Assembly (NCBI GenBank): GCA_964489145.1
Contig: CAZAXL010000002.1
Coordinates: 2,992-66,991, forward strand
Origin: an uncultured Gammaproteobacteria bacterium
GTDB taxonomy: Bacteria; Patescibacteriota; Microgenomatia; UBA8517
Direction of reading: 5' to 3'
Length of the DNA stretch: 64,000 nucleotides
In this document: piece after piece, positions 18,174-29,510 of the stretch
How positions within the stretch are numbered: position 1 is the first letter of the stretch
Layout of the letters: the number at the start of each line of letters is the position of its first letter
Translations under genes and position numbers: made by a program
The notes under the pieces: generated by a model
What the model saw: only the letters and a program-made list of their open reading frames with translations
Database searches by the model: none
What the model was told of the DNA's origin: nothing

Positions 18174-21100
18174 ATGGAACAACTTGCTGATTTAAAAAAT
18201 TTAACAGATTTTAAGAGTCTACTTATCAGGCTTGCCTCTCCGGAGGAAATTCGTGCATGGTCCCGTGGTGAAATAACCAAGCCCGAGACTATCAATTATA
18301 GAACCCTAAAGCCCGAAAAGGATGGGCTTTTTGATGAGAGAATTTTTGGTCCTACAAAAGACTGGGAGTGCTACTGTGGTAAATACAAGAGGATCAGATA
18401 CAAAGGTGTAATTTGTGACAAATGCGGAGTTGAAGTTACGGAAAGCAGGGTCAGGCGTGAGAGAATGGGTCACATCACATTGGCAACTCCTGTTGCCCAT
18501 GTTTGGTTTTTCAAAGGCGCACCTTCAAAAATCTCCCTTCTTTTAGGAGTAGCCCCCCGCGGTGTTGAACAGGTAATTTACTTTGCCAGATATCTTGTTA
18601 CCGAAGTTGATGAGGAAAGCAGAAAAATTGCACTCAAAAATATTCAGGAAGCCAAGGAAGAAAATCTGACAAGCATTGCAGAAAACTTCAAGTCCAGGCG
18701 GGATGCCTTAAAAGTTGAGGAAAACGAAGCTAAAGAAAAAATTACCACAAAAATTAAAGATAAAGAACAAGCCTCTCTGGCTACGGCTGAAATTGAGCTT
18801 AATTTAAGGAAAAAGGAAGCCGCGGTAAATGAGGAAGAGAAAAATACAATTGGAAGAACGGGTGAACTTTTTGACAATCTTAATATTATAATCAAAGGAC
18901 TCCGTCCGTTGAGTATTTTGAGTGAAGAGGAATTTGATGAACTTTATGAGCACTCGGCAACAGACTTCTTTACGGCCAAAATGGGGGCAGATGCGGTACT
19001 TGAAGCAATTGGTAAGGTAAACTTGGAGGAAGTTTCAAAATCACTTCGTGAAGAAATCGGGTCAACCAAAGGCGGAAGCTCGAAATACATCAAAATTGTT
19101 AAAAGGCTAAAGCTTGTTGACGGCCTGAGACGCGCCAAAGTTAACCCGTCTTGGATGGTGATGAAAGTTTTGCCGGTTCTTCCTCCGGATTTGCGCCCCA
19201 TGGTACAACTTTCCGGTGGACGCTTTGCGACAAGCGATCTTAACGATCTTTACCGAAGAGTTATCAATAGAAATAACCGTCTCAAACATCTTATCGGGTT
19301 GGGAGCTCCTGAAATAATTCTCAGAAATGAAAAAAGAATGCTTCAGGAAGCGGTTGATTCCTTAATTGACGCGAGCCAAAGGAAAGCAACAAGAAAAAGC
19401 CGTGGGAGGCAACCCTTAAGATCTCTTTCAGACATGCTTCGTGGAAAACAGGGTAGGTTTAGACAAAACCTTTTAGGCAAGCGTGTTGATTATTCGGGAC
19501 GTTCAGTCATCATTGTCGGGCCTGAGCTTAAACTTACACAGTGCGGTCTTCCTAAAGACATGGCTCTTGAAATGTTTAAACCATTTGTCTTAAAGGAAAT
19601 GATTGCAAGAGGAATTGCACCTAATGTTAAAAGTGCAAAAAATATGCTTGACAGGCGTCCGCCGGAGGTTTTCGACATTTTGGAAGAAATTACAAAAGAT
19701 CATCCCGTTCTTTTGAATCGTGCGCCTACGCTTCATAAACTATCAATTCAGTCATTTTACCCTGTTCTTATTGAAGGAAGCGCTATTAGGCTTCATCCTG
19801 CAGTCTGTTCAGGGTTTAACGCAGACTTTGACGGAGATCAAATGGCGGTACACGTTCCTTTGTCAGAGAAAGCTGTTGAAGAGGCAAGAACATTAATGCT
19901 TCCGACTAATAATTTGCTTAAACCCAGCGACGGCGGACCCGCAGCAACCCCTTCCAGCAAGGAAATTGCCCTCGGAGCGTTTTATCTTACATCAATTGAC
20001 ACAAGACTTGAGACCTATCCGACAATTTTTGCCGACAAAGATGAAGCAATTTTTGTCCAACAGACAGGAAAAGTAGGAATAAGACAGCAAATTCGGATCA
20101 GACTTGGTAAAGAAATTGTTGAAACAACTGTCGGTAGGCTTCTTTTCAATGAAGTTTTGCCGGAGAATTTTGACTTTATTAATGAGTCCGTCACGTCATC
20201 CGTTATTAAATCTTTATTTGTCAAAGCCTACTCGACCGTGTCCCGGGAAAGGGTGACCCAGCTGGTGGACGATGTCAAAGATTTGGGCTTCTTTGGAGGG
20301 ACAATTTCCGGAATTTCATTTGGAATATTTGATGCAAAAGTTTATCCCAAAAAGGATGAAGTTTTGGAAGAAGCTGATAAAAAAGTGTCCGAAATTGAGG
20401 AAAACTTTAATCAAGGCCTTATCACAACTGAGGAAAAGAGACGTCTAACCCAGGAAGTTTGGATTGATGTTTCGGAAGATTTGGCCGATAAGACTTGGAA
20501 TGAAATGGAGCCCACAAACCCGATCCGTGTCGTAATTGACGCTAAGGTTGGACGTGCCAGCAGGGATCAGGTCAAGCAACTTTCAGCAATCCGCGGACTT
20601 GTTGTTGATCCTATGGGTAAGATTGTCGAATTGCCCATTAAGAGCAATTTTAAGGAAGGTCTTTCCGTGTTTGAATACGTAACTTCATCCCGCGGATCCA
20701 GAAAAGGATTAACCGACTCGGCTATTAAGACTGCAGACGCGGGTTACCTTACAAGAAGGCTTGTTGATGTTGCCCATGATCTTATTGTCAGACTTGATGA
20801 TTGTGGAACAAAAGACGGCTATGAAATCAAGAAAGGGATTAGATCTCAAGTTTTTGCAACTAGGCTTTTCGGCAGATTTGCCGCTAAGGATGTTGTCGCA
20901 AAAGATGGCAAAACCGTGATTGTACCGGCAGGGGAAATCATTGATGAGGCTGCCTCCAAGAAAATAGATGAATCCGGAGTAAATTCAGTTTTTGTCAGGT
21001 CTCCTTTGGTATGTCAGGCTAGACATGGAATTTGTGTTAAATGTTATGGATGGGATCTTGGAAGTAAGAGTATGGTTGAGGTTGGAACTCCAGTTGGAGT

Positions 21101-21896
21101 GGTTGCCGCTCAGTCAATAGGAGAACCCGGAACTCAACTTACCCTTAAAACGAAACACGCAGCCGGAGTTGTCGGCGCAATAGACGTTACCCAGGGTCTT
21201 CCCCGTGTTGAAGAACTTGTTGAGGCAAGACTTCCTAAAGTTGTTTCAGCTCTATCCGAGATCACGGGTAAAGCCCGCATATCGGAAACAGATGAAGGTT
21301 GGAAAGTTACAATAACTTCTAAGGGAACTCCCAAGGAAGAAAAAGAATACATTATTCCTAAGACATTGGAACTTGCCATTGAGGACGGAGAGATAGTCGA
21401 AGCAGGATCAGCTTTAGCTAAAGGAGCGCTGGATGTTAAGGATATACTTTCAATTAAAGGCCTTAGAGCTGCACAGGAATATATTGTTAATGAAATTCAA
21501 AAGGTTTACGAATCCCAGGGAATTCCAATTAACGACAAACATGTTGAGGTAATAGTTAGAAAAATGAGCGACGAGGTTAGAATTGTCACAACGGGGGATA
21601 CACCTTTCTTGCCGGGTGAACTTACCTCACGAGCCAGCTTTGATGGGGAAAATGAAAAAGTTTTGGCAGCCGGTGGAGAACCATCAAGTGCACAGCAAGT
21701 TATTTTGGGTATCACGAGACGCGCGCTTTATACCGATAGTTGGCTTTCTGCAGCCTCATTTGAACAGACAACCGACGTTCTGACCGAGGCATCTCTTCTG
21801 GGACGTGAGGACAATCTTGTAGGACTGAAAGAGAATGTTATTATAGGTAGGCTTATTCCGGTTACGCCGGAAAGGGCGCAAATGTCACAAGGATAA
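18174..21896 (+). CDS. rpoC: RNA polymerase beta' subunit
   Basis: NADFDGD catalytic motif, Zn fingers, [10 protein letters not shown]. Confidence 0.99.
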   Translation: MEQLADLKNLTDFKSLLIRLASPEEIRAWSRGEITKPETINYRTLKPEKDGLFDERIFGPTKDWECYCGKYKRIRYKGVICDKCGVEVTESRVRRERMGHITLATPVAHVWFFKGAPSKISLLLGVAPRGVEQVIYFARYLVTEVDEESRKIALKNIQEAKEENLTSIAENFKSRRDALKVEENEAKEKITTKIKDKEQASLATAEIELNLRKKEAAVNEEEKNTIGRTGELFDNLNIIIKGLRPLSILSEEEFDELYEHSATDFFTAKMGADAVLEAIGKVNLEEVSKSLREEIGSTKGGSSKYIKIVKRLKLVDGLRRAKVNPSWMVMKVLPVLPPDLRPMVQLSGGRFATSDLNDLYRRVINRNNRLKHLIGLGAPEIILRNEKRMLQEAVDSLIDASQRKATRKSRGRQPLRSLSDMLRGKQGRFRQNLLGKRVDYSGRSVIIVGPELKLTQCGLPKDMALEMFKPFVLKEMIARGIAPNVKSAKNMLDRRPPEVFDILEEITKDHPVLLNRAPTLHKLSIQSFYPVLIEGSAIRLHPAVCSGFNADFDGDQMAVHVPLSEKAVEEARTLMLPTNNLLKPSDGGPAATPSSKEIALGAFYLTSIDTRLETYPTIFADKDEAIFVQQTGKVGIRQQIRIRLGKEIVETTVGRLLFNEVLPENFDFINESVTSSVIKSLFVKAYSTVSRERVTQLVDDVKDLGFFGGTISGISFGIFDAKVYPKKDEVLEEADKKVSEIEENFNQGLITTEEKRRLTQEVWIDVSEDLADKTWNEMEPTNPIRVVIDAKVGRASRDQVKQLSAIRGLVVDPMGKIVELPIKSNFKEGLSVFEYVTSSRGSRKGLTDSAIKTADAGYLTRRLVDVAHDLIVRLDDCGTKDGYEIKKGIRSQVFATRLFGRFAAKDVVAKDGKTVIVPAGEIIDEAASKKIDESGVNSVFVRSPLVCQARHGICVKCYGWDLGSKSMVEVGTPVGVVAAQSIGEPGTQLTLKTKHAAGVVGAIDVTQGLPRVEELVEARLPKVVSALSEITGKARISETDEGWKVTITSKGTPKEEKEYIIPKTLELAIEDGEIVEAGSALAKGALDVKDILSIKGLRAAQEYIVNEIQKVYESQGIPINDKHVEVIVRKMSDEVRIVTTGDTPFLPGELTSRASFDGENEKVLAAGGEPSSAQQVILGITRRALYTDSWLSAASFEQTTDVLTEASLLGREDNLVGLKENVIIGRLIPVTPERAQMSQG

Positions 21897-21897
21897 A

Positions 21898-22320
21898 ATG
21901 CCAACAATTAATCAATTAGTCAGAATCGGTAGAAAGAGAATTGCTAAAAAGACCAAAACCACGGCTTTAAAGAGGTGGTTTAATGCAAAAAATAGAAAAT
22001 TTTCCGACAGTCATTCGGCTTTCAAAAGAGGTGTTGTTTTGGCGGTTCGTACAATGACGCCCAAAAAACCCAACTCTGCACTTCGTAAGGTCGCAAGGGT
22101 AAGGCTTTCAAACAAGCAGGAAATTACGGCTTATATTCCCGGAGAAGGACACGAACTTGCCGAGCATTCGATTGTTCTGGTTCGCGGCGGACGTGTGAAA
22201 GACCTTCCCGGTGTGAAATACCATGTCGTTAGAGGCAGGTATGATACAACCGGAGTCTCCGGAAGACAAAGCGGAAGAAGCAGGTATGGAACCAAAAAAG
22301 GACAGGGGGGAGCTAAATAA
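21898..22320 (+). CDS. rpsL: 30S ribosomal protein S12
   Basis: [18 protein letters not shown]. Confidence 0.99.
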   Translation: MPTINQLVRIGRKRIAKKTKTTALKRWFNAKNRKFSDSHSAFKRGVVLAVRTMTPKKPNSALRKVARVRLSNKQEITAYIPGEGHELAEHSIVLVRGGRVKDLPGVKYHVVRGRYDTTGVSGRQSGRSRYGTKKGQGGAK

Positions 22321-22799
22321 TGGCAAGAAAAGGAGCAATTAAACCAAAAGTAATTCAGCCGGATCCATTTTATGGAAGCAGGCTTGTGACGAAACTTATC
22401 AATAGGAGTATGTATGACGGTAAAAAATCTGTTGCCAGACATGAAATTTACGAAGCCTTTGACATTATCAAAGAGAAAACCGGAGAAGATCCACTAAAAG
22501 TTTTCAACCAGGCAATTGAGAATATTAAACCAACAATGGAAGTCAGGCCAAGGAGAATTGGAGGAGCCGCATATCAAGTTCCCCAACCGGTTCGTGGAAT
22601 AAGGCGTGAGTCATTGGCAATCAGATGGTTAGTAATGGCTGCCAACTCAAAATCAAATTCAGAATTTCACACCTATAGTGCCAAACTTTCAACGGAAATA
22701 ATGGATGCCGCTAAAGGGGAAGGCGCGGCAGTCAAGAAGAGAACGGACATGGAAAGAGTTGCAGAAAGCAATAAAGCTTTTGCTCATTTTCGCTGGTAG
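22320..22799 (+). CDS. rpsG: 30S ribosomal protein S7
   Basis: RRIGGAAYQVP, ESNKAFAHFRW. Confidence 0.99.
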   Translation: MARKGAIKPKVIQPDPFYGSRLVTKLINRSMYDGKKSVARHEIYEAFDIIKEKTGEDPLKVFNQAIENIKPTMEVRPRRIGGAAYQVPQPVRGIRRESLAIRWLVMAANSKSNSEFHTYSAKLSTEIMDAAKGEGAAVKKRTDMERVAESNKAFAHFRW

Positions 22800-22851
22800 G
22801 TTAAAAAGTTCTTCTTTCCAAATAACCACTTAGCTAATAAACTATCTAACT

Positions 22852-25020
22852 ATGGCAGAAGTAACAAAGAAAAAGGCAGCAATAGTAGTTACGGCAACAA
22901 AAGACCGTAATGTTTCCTATGAGAAAATCAGAAATATCGGAATTATTGCCCATATTGACGCGGGTAAGACCACCACTACCGAAAGACTTCTTTTTGAAAC
23001 CGGGAGAACTTACAAACTGGGGTCCGTTGATGAAGGAACTACGGTTACCGATTGGATGGCTCAAGAGCGTGAGCGTGGAATCACAATTGTTTCTGCTGCA
23101 ATCACTGCATTTTGGGATATAAAGGATAATACTTCGGTTGAAGCGGGGCACTACAGAATTAATATTATTGACACCCCCGGCCATATTGATTTTACTGCCG
23201 AGGTAGAAAGGTCACTCAGAGTTTTGGACGGAGCCTTAATGGTCTTTGATGGTAGAACCGGAGTTGAATCCCAATCAGAAACTGTTTGGCGACAAGCCGA
23301 CAAATATCACGTTCCAAGAATTTGCGTTTTGAATAAATTGAACCTGATTGGAGCTAACTTTGATGAATCACTCAAATCAATCCGCGAAAGATTGGGAGCA
23401 AACGCGGCCCCGATAATTATCCCTATTGGTTTGGAGCATGAGCACAGAGGGGTTGTCGATCTTATTAAAATGAAAGCTTTTACCTATAAAGATGTTACCG
23501 ATCATGATCTTATCGAAGAGGAAATTCCGGCTGATCTTCTGGAGAGTGCCAAGAAGTATAGAAATGAACTTTTGGAAAGTGCAGCCGAATTTGATGACGA
23601 AGCGCTTAGCCTTTTCTTGGAAGGCAAAGAAATTGATGAAATAACTCTCAAAAGAGCAATCAGGAAAGGGGTTATCAGCGGTAAGTTTTTCCCTGTTTTT
23701 GGAGGGGATAATAGAACTGCCGAAAGTCAGCTTCTTCTTAACGGAATAGTTGAGTTTTTGCCTTCTCCACTCGATCTCCCTCCTGTTGAAGGAATTGATC
23801 CCAAAACCGGTGAAAAAGCAGCCCGTGAGAGAAAAAATGAGGCTCCATTTTCCGGCCTTGCGTTCAAAGTAATGACCGATCCACACGTAGGACGCCTTGT
23901 TTATGTCAGAATTTATTCGGGAACTCTTTCATCGGGACAGCAAGTCTATAATTCTTCAGAGCAAAAACCGGAGAGAATCGGAAAATTGGTTCTTCTTCAC
24001 GCCGATCAAAGAGAACTTATCGAGACTGCTTATGCCGGAGAAATAGTGGCTGTGGTAGGCATTAAAGATACAACGACAGGCAATACCATTTGTGATCCTT
24101 CCCATCCCATCGTTTTGGAATCTATTAATTTTCCCGAGCCAGTTATTTCTCTTGCAATAGAGCCTGCTACCAAATCCGATCAGGAAAAAATGGGCTTGGC
24201 ACTCTCCAAACTTTCAGATGAGGATCCGACGTTTAGAATCAAAAGCAATCCCGAAACCGGGCAAACTATTATTGCCGGAATGGGAGAGCTTCAGCTTGAA
24301 GTTTTGGTTGATAGGATGAAGAGAGAGTTTAATGTTATTGCAACAACTGGTGCCCCTCAGGTCGCCTATAAAGAAACAATCAAAAAGATTGGAACCGGAG
24401 AAGGAAAGTATATCAGGCAAACAGGAGGCCGCGGACAGTATGGACACGCTCTTATTAGGCTTGAACCAATGGGACGTGGTGAAGGATTTGAATATAAAAG
24501 TGAAATTAAGGGTGGTGCAATCCCCAATGAGTATATTGCCCCGATTGAAAAAGGTATTAAAGAAAAAATGGAAAATGGAGTCATGGCTGGATTTCCCATG
24601 GTTGACATGAGAGCTGTGGTTTATGACGGAAGCTATCATGAAGTTGACTCTTCCGAAATAGCATTTAAAATTGCCGGCTCAATGGCCCTGGAAGATGCTT
24701 TTAAAAACAGCAGTCCAATTCTTTTGGAACCCATTATGAAAGTTGAAGTTTCAACTCCGGATGAGTTTATGGGAGATGTTATTGGGGATCTTTCTAGTAA
24801 GCGTGCTCAAGTTGGGGGAACGGAAAAGAAAGGAATGATGACTGTGATCAATGCGATGGTTCCTTTGGCTGAACTTTCAGGTTATGCAACAAAACTGAGA
24901 TCCTTAACTCAGGGACGGGCCAGTTATTATATGGAGCCTTCTCATTATGAAGAAGTTCCAAAGAATATTAGTGATGCGATCATTGCAAAGTCTGGTAAGG
25001 TAGAAATGCCCAGGGGGTAA
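22852..25020 (+). CDS. fusA: Elongation factor G
   Basis: AHIDAGKTT, ERERGITI, DTPGH, GMGELQL, position in str operon; G4/G5 motifs atypical. Confidence 0.98.
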   Translation: MAEVTKKKAAIVVTATKDRNVSYEKIRNIGIIAHIDAGKTTTTERLLFETGRTYKLGSVDEGTTVTDWMAQERERGITIVSAAITAFWDIKDNTSVEAGHYRINIIDTPGHIDFTAEVERSLRVLDGALMVFDGRTGVESQSETVWRQADKYHVPRICVLNKLNLIGANFDESLKSIRERLGANAAPIIIPIGLEHEHRGVVDLIKMKAFTYKDVTDHDLIEEEIPADLLESAKKYRNELLESAAEFDDEALSLFLEGKEIDEITLKRAIRKGVISGKFFPVFGGDNRTAESQLLLNGIVEFLPSPLDLPPVEGIDPKTGEKAARERKNEAPFSGLAFKVMTDPHVGRLVYVRIYSGTLSSGQQVYNSSEQKPERIGKLVLLHADQRELIETAYAGEIVAVVGIKDTTTGNTICDPSHPIVLESINFPEPVISLAIEPATKSDQEKMGLALSKLSDEDPTFRIKSNPETGQTIIAGMGELQLEVLVDRMKREFNVIATTGAPQVAYKETIKKIGTGEGKYIRQTGGRGQYGHALIRLEPMGRGEGFEYKSEIKGGAIPNEYIAPIEKGIKEKMENGVMAGFPMVDMRAVVYDGSYHEVDSSEIAFKIAGSMALEDAFKNSSPILLEPIMKVEVSTPDEFMGDVIGDLSSKRAQVGGTEKKGMMTVINAMVPLAELSGYATKLRSLTQGRASYYMEPSHYEEVPKNISDAIIAKSGKVEMPRG

Positions 25021-25028
25021 AATGCTTG

Positions 25029-25058
25029 TTGACATAGCTTTTTAGCCTCAGTTATAAT
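25029..25058 (+). promoter_or_regulatory. Internal sigma70 promoter for tuf (TTGACA-18-TATAAT)
   Basis: Consensus boxes at 25029-25034 and 25053-25058. Confidence 0.72.
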
Positions 25059-25119
25059 ACCAATCAACGAGGGCTGTTTGCCCTTGTATTTTTTCAAAGA
25101 AAATATATAATTAACAAAT

Positions 25120-26313
25120 ATGGCAGGCGAAGCTAAACAAAAATACGAAAGAACAAAACCGCATGTAAATATCGGTACCATTGGTCACGTTGATCATGGT
25201 AAAACCACTTTAACCTCCGCCATTACTATGGTTTTGGCCAAACAAGGTTTGGCAGTTGCCAAGAAATACGAAGATATTGATTCAGCTCCGGAAGAAAAAG
25301 AAAGAGGAGTTACGATTAACCTTTCTCATCAGGAATATCAAACAACAAAAAGGCATTATGCCCACATTGATGCTCCGGGCCATGCAGACTACATTAAAAA
25401 CATGATTACCGGTGCGGCTCAGATGGACGGAGCAATCTTGGTTGTTTCCGCAGCGGATGGACCAATGCCTCAAACACGTGAGCACGTAATTTTAGCCAAA
25501 CAGGTCAATGTTCCGGCAATTGTTGTATTCCTCAATAAAGTTGACATGGTAAGCGACCCCGAACTTATAGACTTGGTTGAAGCCGATGTCAGAGAACTTC
25601 TTAAGAAATACGGTTATCCAGGAGATGAAGTACCGGTTATCAAAGGTTCAGCTCTTAAGGCCATTGAAGGCGATGCGGATGCTGAAAAACAAATACAGGC
25701 TCTTATGGATGCGGTTGACACCTATATTCCTGATCCAGTCAGAGAAATCGACAAACCCTTCTTGATGGCGGTTGAGGATGTATTCACAATTCAAGGCCGC
25801 GGAACGGTTGTTACCGGTAGGGTTGACCGTGGAGTTATCAAAGTTAATGAAGAGATTGAAATAGTTGGACTTAAAGCCACCCAAAAATCAGTTGTAACTG
25901 GTCTTGAAATGTTCAGAAAGACCTTGGATGAGGCTCAAGCAGGAGATAATGTTGGTATACTTTTAAGGGGTATTGAAAAAGATCAGGTTGAACGAGGTCA
26001 AGTTTTGGCCAAGTCAGGAAGCCTTACTCCCCACACAGAATTTGAAGCTGAAGTTTATATTTTGAGCAAAGAAGAGGGTGGACGCCACACACCGTTCTTC
26101 ACAGGCTACAAGCCTCAATTCTACATTAAGACGGCAGACATTACAGGTGAAGCTACTCTTCCGGAAGGAATTGAAATGGTTATGCCTGGAGATAACGCCA
26201 AGATGAACGTTAAACTTATCCAACCCGTGGCTATGGAAGAAGGGTTTAGATTCGCAATCAGAGAGGGTGGACACACCGTAGGTGACGGAGTTATAACCAA
26301 GATAATCAAGTAA
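25120..26313 (+). CDS. tuf: Elongation factor Tu
   Basis: [25 protein letters not shown]. Confidence 0.99.
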   Translation: MAGEAKQKYERTKPHVNIGTIGHVDHGKTTLTSAITMVLAKQGLAVAKKYEDIDSAPEEKERGVTINLSHQEYQTTKRHYAHIDAPGHADYIKNMITGAAQMDGAILVVSAADGPMPQTREHVILAKQVNVPAIVVFLNKVDMVSDPELIDLVEADVRELLKKYGYPGDEVPVIKGSALKAIEGDADAEKQIQALMDAVDTYIPDPVREIDKPFLMAVEDVFTIQGRGTVVTGRVDRGVIKVNEEIEIVGLKATQKSVVTGLEMFRKTLDEAQAGDNVGILLRGIEKDQVERGQVLAKSGSLTPHTEFEAEVYILSKEEGGRHTPFFTGYKPQFYIKTADITGEATLPEGIEMVMPGDNAKMNVKLIQPVAMEEGFRFAIREGGHTVGDGVITKIIK

Positions 26314-26346
26314 TGCGCCAATGTGGCGTAAAGCACATTAACCTAA

Positions 26347-26652
26347 ATGGCAAGTAGACTCAGAGTAAAACTCAAAAGTTACGATCATAGAGTACTGGAC
26401 GAAGCGGCAGCAAAAATAGTTGATACCGCTCTAGCTACTGGTGCAAAAATAGTTGGTCCGATCCCACTCCCAACAGCACGTACTATGATGGCCATTAAGG
26501 AATCTCCATTTACAGATAAAGATGCACAGGAACACTACGAAGTTTTGGTGCACAAAAGACTTATTGATATTATTGACCCCCCAGCCCGTACAGTTGATTC
26601 TCTTGGAAATCTGGACTTACCTGCTGGTGTTAGCATCGAAATAAAGATGTAA
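26347..26652 (+). CDS. rpsJ: 30S ribosomal protein S10
   Basis: LKSYDH, GPIPLPT, HKRLIDI. Confidence 0.98.
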   Translation: MASRLRVKLKSYDHRVLDEAAAKIVDTALATGAKIVGPIPLPTARTMMAIKESPFTDKDAQEHYEVLVHKRLIDIIDPPARTVDSLGNLDLPAGVSIEIKM

Positions 26653-26656
26653 CTCT

Positions 26657-27202
26657 ATGTCAGTTGAAATAACTTACTTCGTTCACGGAACCACATTTGA
26701 TAATGAAGCCGAGATTTCCTCTGGTTGGAAAGATGTTGATATTTCCCCAAAAGGAATTGAGCAATCAATTGCTCTTAAAGATCAAGTAAAAGACAAAAAG
26801 TTTGACGTTGTCTTTTGCTCAGATCTAAAAAGAGCCGTACATTCGGCAGAATTGAGCTTCAAAGATCAATTTCAAATAATTTCAGATCCACGTCTCAGAG
26901 AATGTAGTTATGGAGATTTTAATGGAAAACCATCAGAAATAGTCGAACCAATGCAGGAAACTCATATTTCAGATAAATTTCCCAATGGAGAAAGCTATGA
27001 AGATGTAAAAGCAAGGATTACTAATTTTCTTGAATTTCTAAAGAAAGACTATGATAACAAGCATGTTGCAATAGTCGCTCACAAAGGTCCTCAATTAGCC
27101 TTGGATGTTCTACTCCATGGCAAGACTTGGGAACAAGCCTTTGCTGAAGACTGGCGCAAAACTCACTCCTGGCAGCCGGGATGGCCTTATACTCTTAATT
27201 AA
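26657..27202 (+). CDS. Histidine phosphatase (phosphoglycerate mutase-like) family protein
   Basis: VHG.T (RHG variant), SDLKRA, LRE..YG, GES, IVAH. Confidence 0.85.
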   Translation: MSVEITYFVHGTTFDNEAEISSGWKDVDISPKGIEQSIALKDQVKDKKFDVVFCSDLKRAVHSAELSFKDQFQIISDPRLRECSYGDFNGKPSEIVEPMQETHISDKFPNGESYEDVKARITNFLEFLKKDYDNKHVAIVAHKGPQLALDVLLHGKTWEQAFAEDWRKTHSWQPGWPYTLN

Positions 27203-28076
27203 ATTTAGTTCCCTTTACATTTACTTTGCACCAAAGGGGGCTATCTACAACAATTGATGCGCGCCAGAAATAATTAAACAGGTTAACGGGCATTAGAAAT
27301 TCAAAATACTTCAAATACTTTCTCAAAAATATCGCGATATTCCATATATTATTCGGAACCTTAATCTGTTTGTACACCTTGCCTTTTGCTTTAGTCAGAA
27401 TTTGAAAAATTTCCGCCAAGGTTAAATTTTCGGCCGCAATTGCAATTATTTTTGGTTTTTGAGGAGCAGATATTGAAGACTTAAGAATAAATTTTGCAGC
27501 CGTCTCGACATTAATGAGTGCAACCTTTCCTTGCCAATTTAGCCTTGAAAATATCGAATTATTGTCAACCAATTTCCGTAGGAAATTCAAAAAACTGTTT
27601 TTTCTGGGATTATCTCCCCACACAGTTGGAAGTCTAATGATAGTTAATTTAAATCCTTTTTCTTTTGAAGCTTTAAGAAGGATTTTTTCGGCTTCGAGTT
27701 TTGTTTTACCATAGGCATCGCTTACTGCCGGAATGGTTTTTTCGTCAATTGGTTTTTGGCAATTAGTTCTACCCGAAAAAATTGCCTGGGAACTGGTAAA
27801 AATAAAATGTGTTTTCGGACCAATTTTAGGCAAGTGATTAATCAGATTTTGGGTTCCAATGTTGTTGCATCTTTGGTCTCTGAGTGAGGTATCTGTTGCC
27901 GCTGCTAAATGAATAATTAAACGTGGGGTTTGAGGGATTTTGTCCAGATTCTTTCCGGTTACCAAATCATATTTTCCCAATTTTAGAAAAAATATTTTCT
28001 CACTTTTATATTTTTTTTGGATCAAAGGGATCAAATGACTTCCAATGAATCCATCTCCACCGGTGACAATTATCAT
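27195..28076 (-). CDS. NAD-dependent epimerase/dehydratase (extended SDR)
   Basis: TGGDGFIG, HLAA, TSS, YGKTK. Confidence 0.9.
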   Translation of the reverse strand: MIIVTGGDGFIGSHLIPLIQKKYKSEKIFFLKLGKYDLVTGKNLDKIPQTPRLIIHLAAATDTSLRDQRCNNIGTQNLINHLPKIGPKTHFIFTSSQAIFSGRTNCQKPIDEKTIPAVSDAYGKTKLEAEKILLKASKEKGFKLTIIRLPTVWGDNPRKNSFLNFLRKLVDNNSIFSRLNWQGKVALINVETAAKFILKSSISAPQKPKIIAIAAENLTLAEIFQILTKAKGKVYKQIKVPNNIWNIAIFLRKYLKYFEFLMPVNLFNYFWRASIVVDSPLWCKVNVKGTKFN

Positions 28077-28108
28077 ATTTATCGTTCGAGTATATAATAC
28101 CTTTAATC

Positions 28109-29107
28109 ATGAGAAAACTCCCAAGATTAATGACTGCACATAAATGGTTTTTAATAACACTATTTTTGGCCGTGTTTTTGGTATATTTAAGGTTCAATCA
28201 AGGGGTGGTTCAACAAGATAATTATGTTGGATATGCCAAAATGTTTCCGGGCTCTGTCGGTAATATTTCTTTTTTTGAATCACGTCTTTTCCCCGGGCTG
28301 CCGTTACTAATTTATTTATTAACTTTTATTACAAATAATTATTTTATCTCAGGATATTTGATTACTTTGTTGTCCTTTGTTGGGTGTTACGTTGTTCTCC
28401 ATAAAATTACGAAATCCAAACTCTCTTTTTTACCACTGATTTTTCCTCCTATTATGTTAAATTTGGCATCTCTTATCGATACGGAATTTCCGTTTATTTT
28501 TTTGATAATCCTCGGATACTATTTATTGAAAAAAGAAAAACTTTTGCTGGCATTTTTAATAATCGGAATTTCTATATGGTTTAGATTGGCGGGTACCGCG
28601 GTGTTAGCGGGAATATTTATTTACTTCCTAATTATGAAGAGGTCAAAAGACTTTTTCTTAAACTTGCCATATTTTATTTTTCCGGTGGTCTTGCTTCTTG
28701 TCTATAATGCTCATTATTTCGGTTCAGAAAACCTCTTCTATCAACTCTTTACATATCAGGCACTTCATCCAGGAAGAATTAGTGTTGGTGTGGTCCAACT
28801 TGGTATGGATTTGATACGGGCTGTTAGGTGGCATTGGTATAGAATATTTATTTCGGGACTTTTCTACATAATATTTTTCTTGGTCTTGTGGGTTAAATCA
28901 ATTAAATTAAAAAGTCTGGAGTTTTGGATAATTACCGGAATTTACATTTTCACCCTGTCTATTAATTTAGTGCCTTTTTTGGAAAATTTTGGGCGATATT
29001 TGGCTCCGGCAATCCCATTTTTTTGGACCCTTTATTACAAAAGATTGGAAAGCATGAAATTATTATATCTATTGGTTCCACTGTCTCTTCTGGTGGTTCT
29101 TATCTAA
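28109..29107 (+). CDS. Multi-pass membrane protein, probable GT-C (mannosyltransferase-like) glycosyltransferase
   Basis: About 9-10 hydrophobic segments, FPGLPLLI, DTE.PF and GRY..P motifs reminiscent of PIG-V/PMT-like enzymes. Confidence 0.55.
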   Translation: MRKLPRLMTAHKWFLITLFLAVFLVYLRFNQGVVQQDNYVGYAKMFPGSVGNISFFESRLFPGLPLLIYLLTFITNNYFISGYLITLLSFVGCYVVLHKITKSKLSFLPLIFPPIMLNLASLIDTEFPFIFLIILGYYLLKKEKLLLAFLIIGISIWFRLAGTAVLAGIFIYFLIMKRSKDFFLNLPYFIFPVVLLLVYNAHYFGSENLFYQLFTYQALHPGRISVGVVQLGMDLIRAVRWHWYRIFISGLFYIIFFLVLWVKSIKLKSLEFWIITGIYIFTLSINLVPFLENFGRYLAPAIPFFWTLYYKRLESMKLLYLLVPLSLLVVLI

Positions 29108-29153
29108 GTAGCATATTTATCCCGGTCTAAAAGTGGTGTAATCTAAATTAGGC

Positions 29154-29378
29154 ATGCCAGAAAGAAACCCTTCTTCTGTTGCGGTAGAGTTTATTCAAAG
29201 AATACTGGCATTTGATAGATACTGCGGAGACAATAGTAAAGTGGCGTTAACTGCATATTCTCTCTATCTTGAACGTCAAAAATCGGGAATTTCCGGTTCA
29301 GCTAAGGAGGATTGGGGAAAGGCTGAAGAAATAGTTACGGAGCAACTGACTAAAGAACTTACTTCCCAGCTTGCGTGA
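29154..29378 (+). CDS. Small DUF2934-like protein
   Basis: AYSLYLER...G...EDW.KAE matches the AY.L...G....DW..AE DUF2934 pattern. Confidence 0.55.
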   Translation: MPERNPSSVAVEFIQRILAFDRYCGDNSKVALTAYSLYLERQKSGISGSAKEDWGKAEEIVTEQLTKELTSQLA

Positions 29379-29399
29379 GATATAAACTTCTGCTATAAT
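29371..29399 (+). promoter_or_regulatory. Sigma70 promoter driving rplC onward (TTGCGT-17-TATAAT, extended -10)
   Basis: Boxes at 29371-29376 and 29394-29399, with TG at the extended -10 position. Confidence 0.65.
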
Positions 29400-29510
29400 T
29401 CCGGCATAACATGATAGTGGTATTGAATAATATCAGCCACGATAATTAGAGTTTTTGAGGGAAGGCCCCCACCACTGGCGCCTCTCAAAGGCGCTATTTT
29501 GTTGTTTAAT

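Noticed and set aside
14751-25020. Inteins or introns in rpoB, rpoC or fusA
   Set aside because: ORFs are continuous and of normal length, with no intein terminal motifs or homing endonuclease signatures noticed
26314-26340. Hairpin between tuf and rpsJ as a terminator
   Set aside because: Short stem without a U-tract; function cannot be supported
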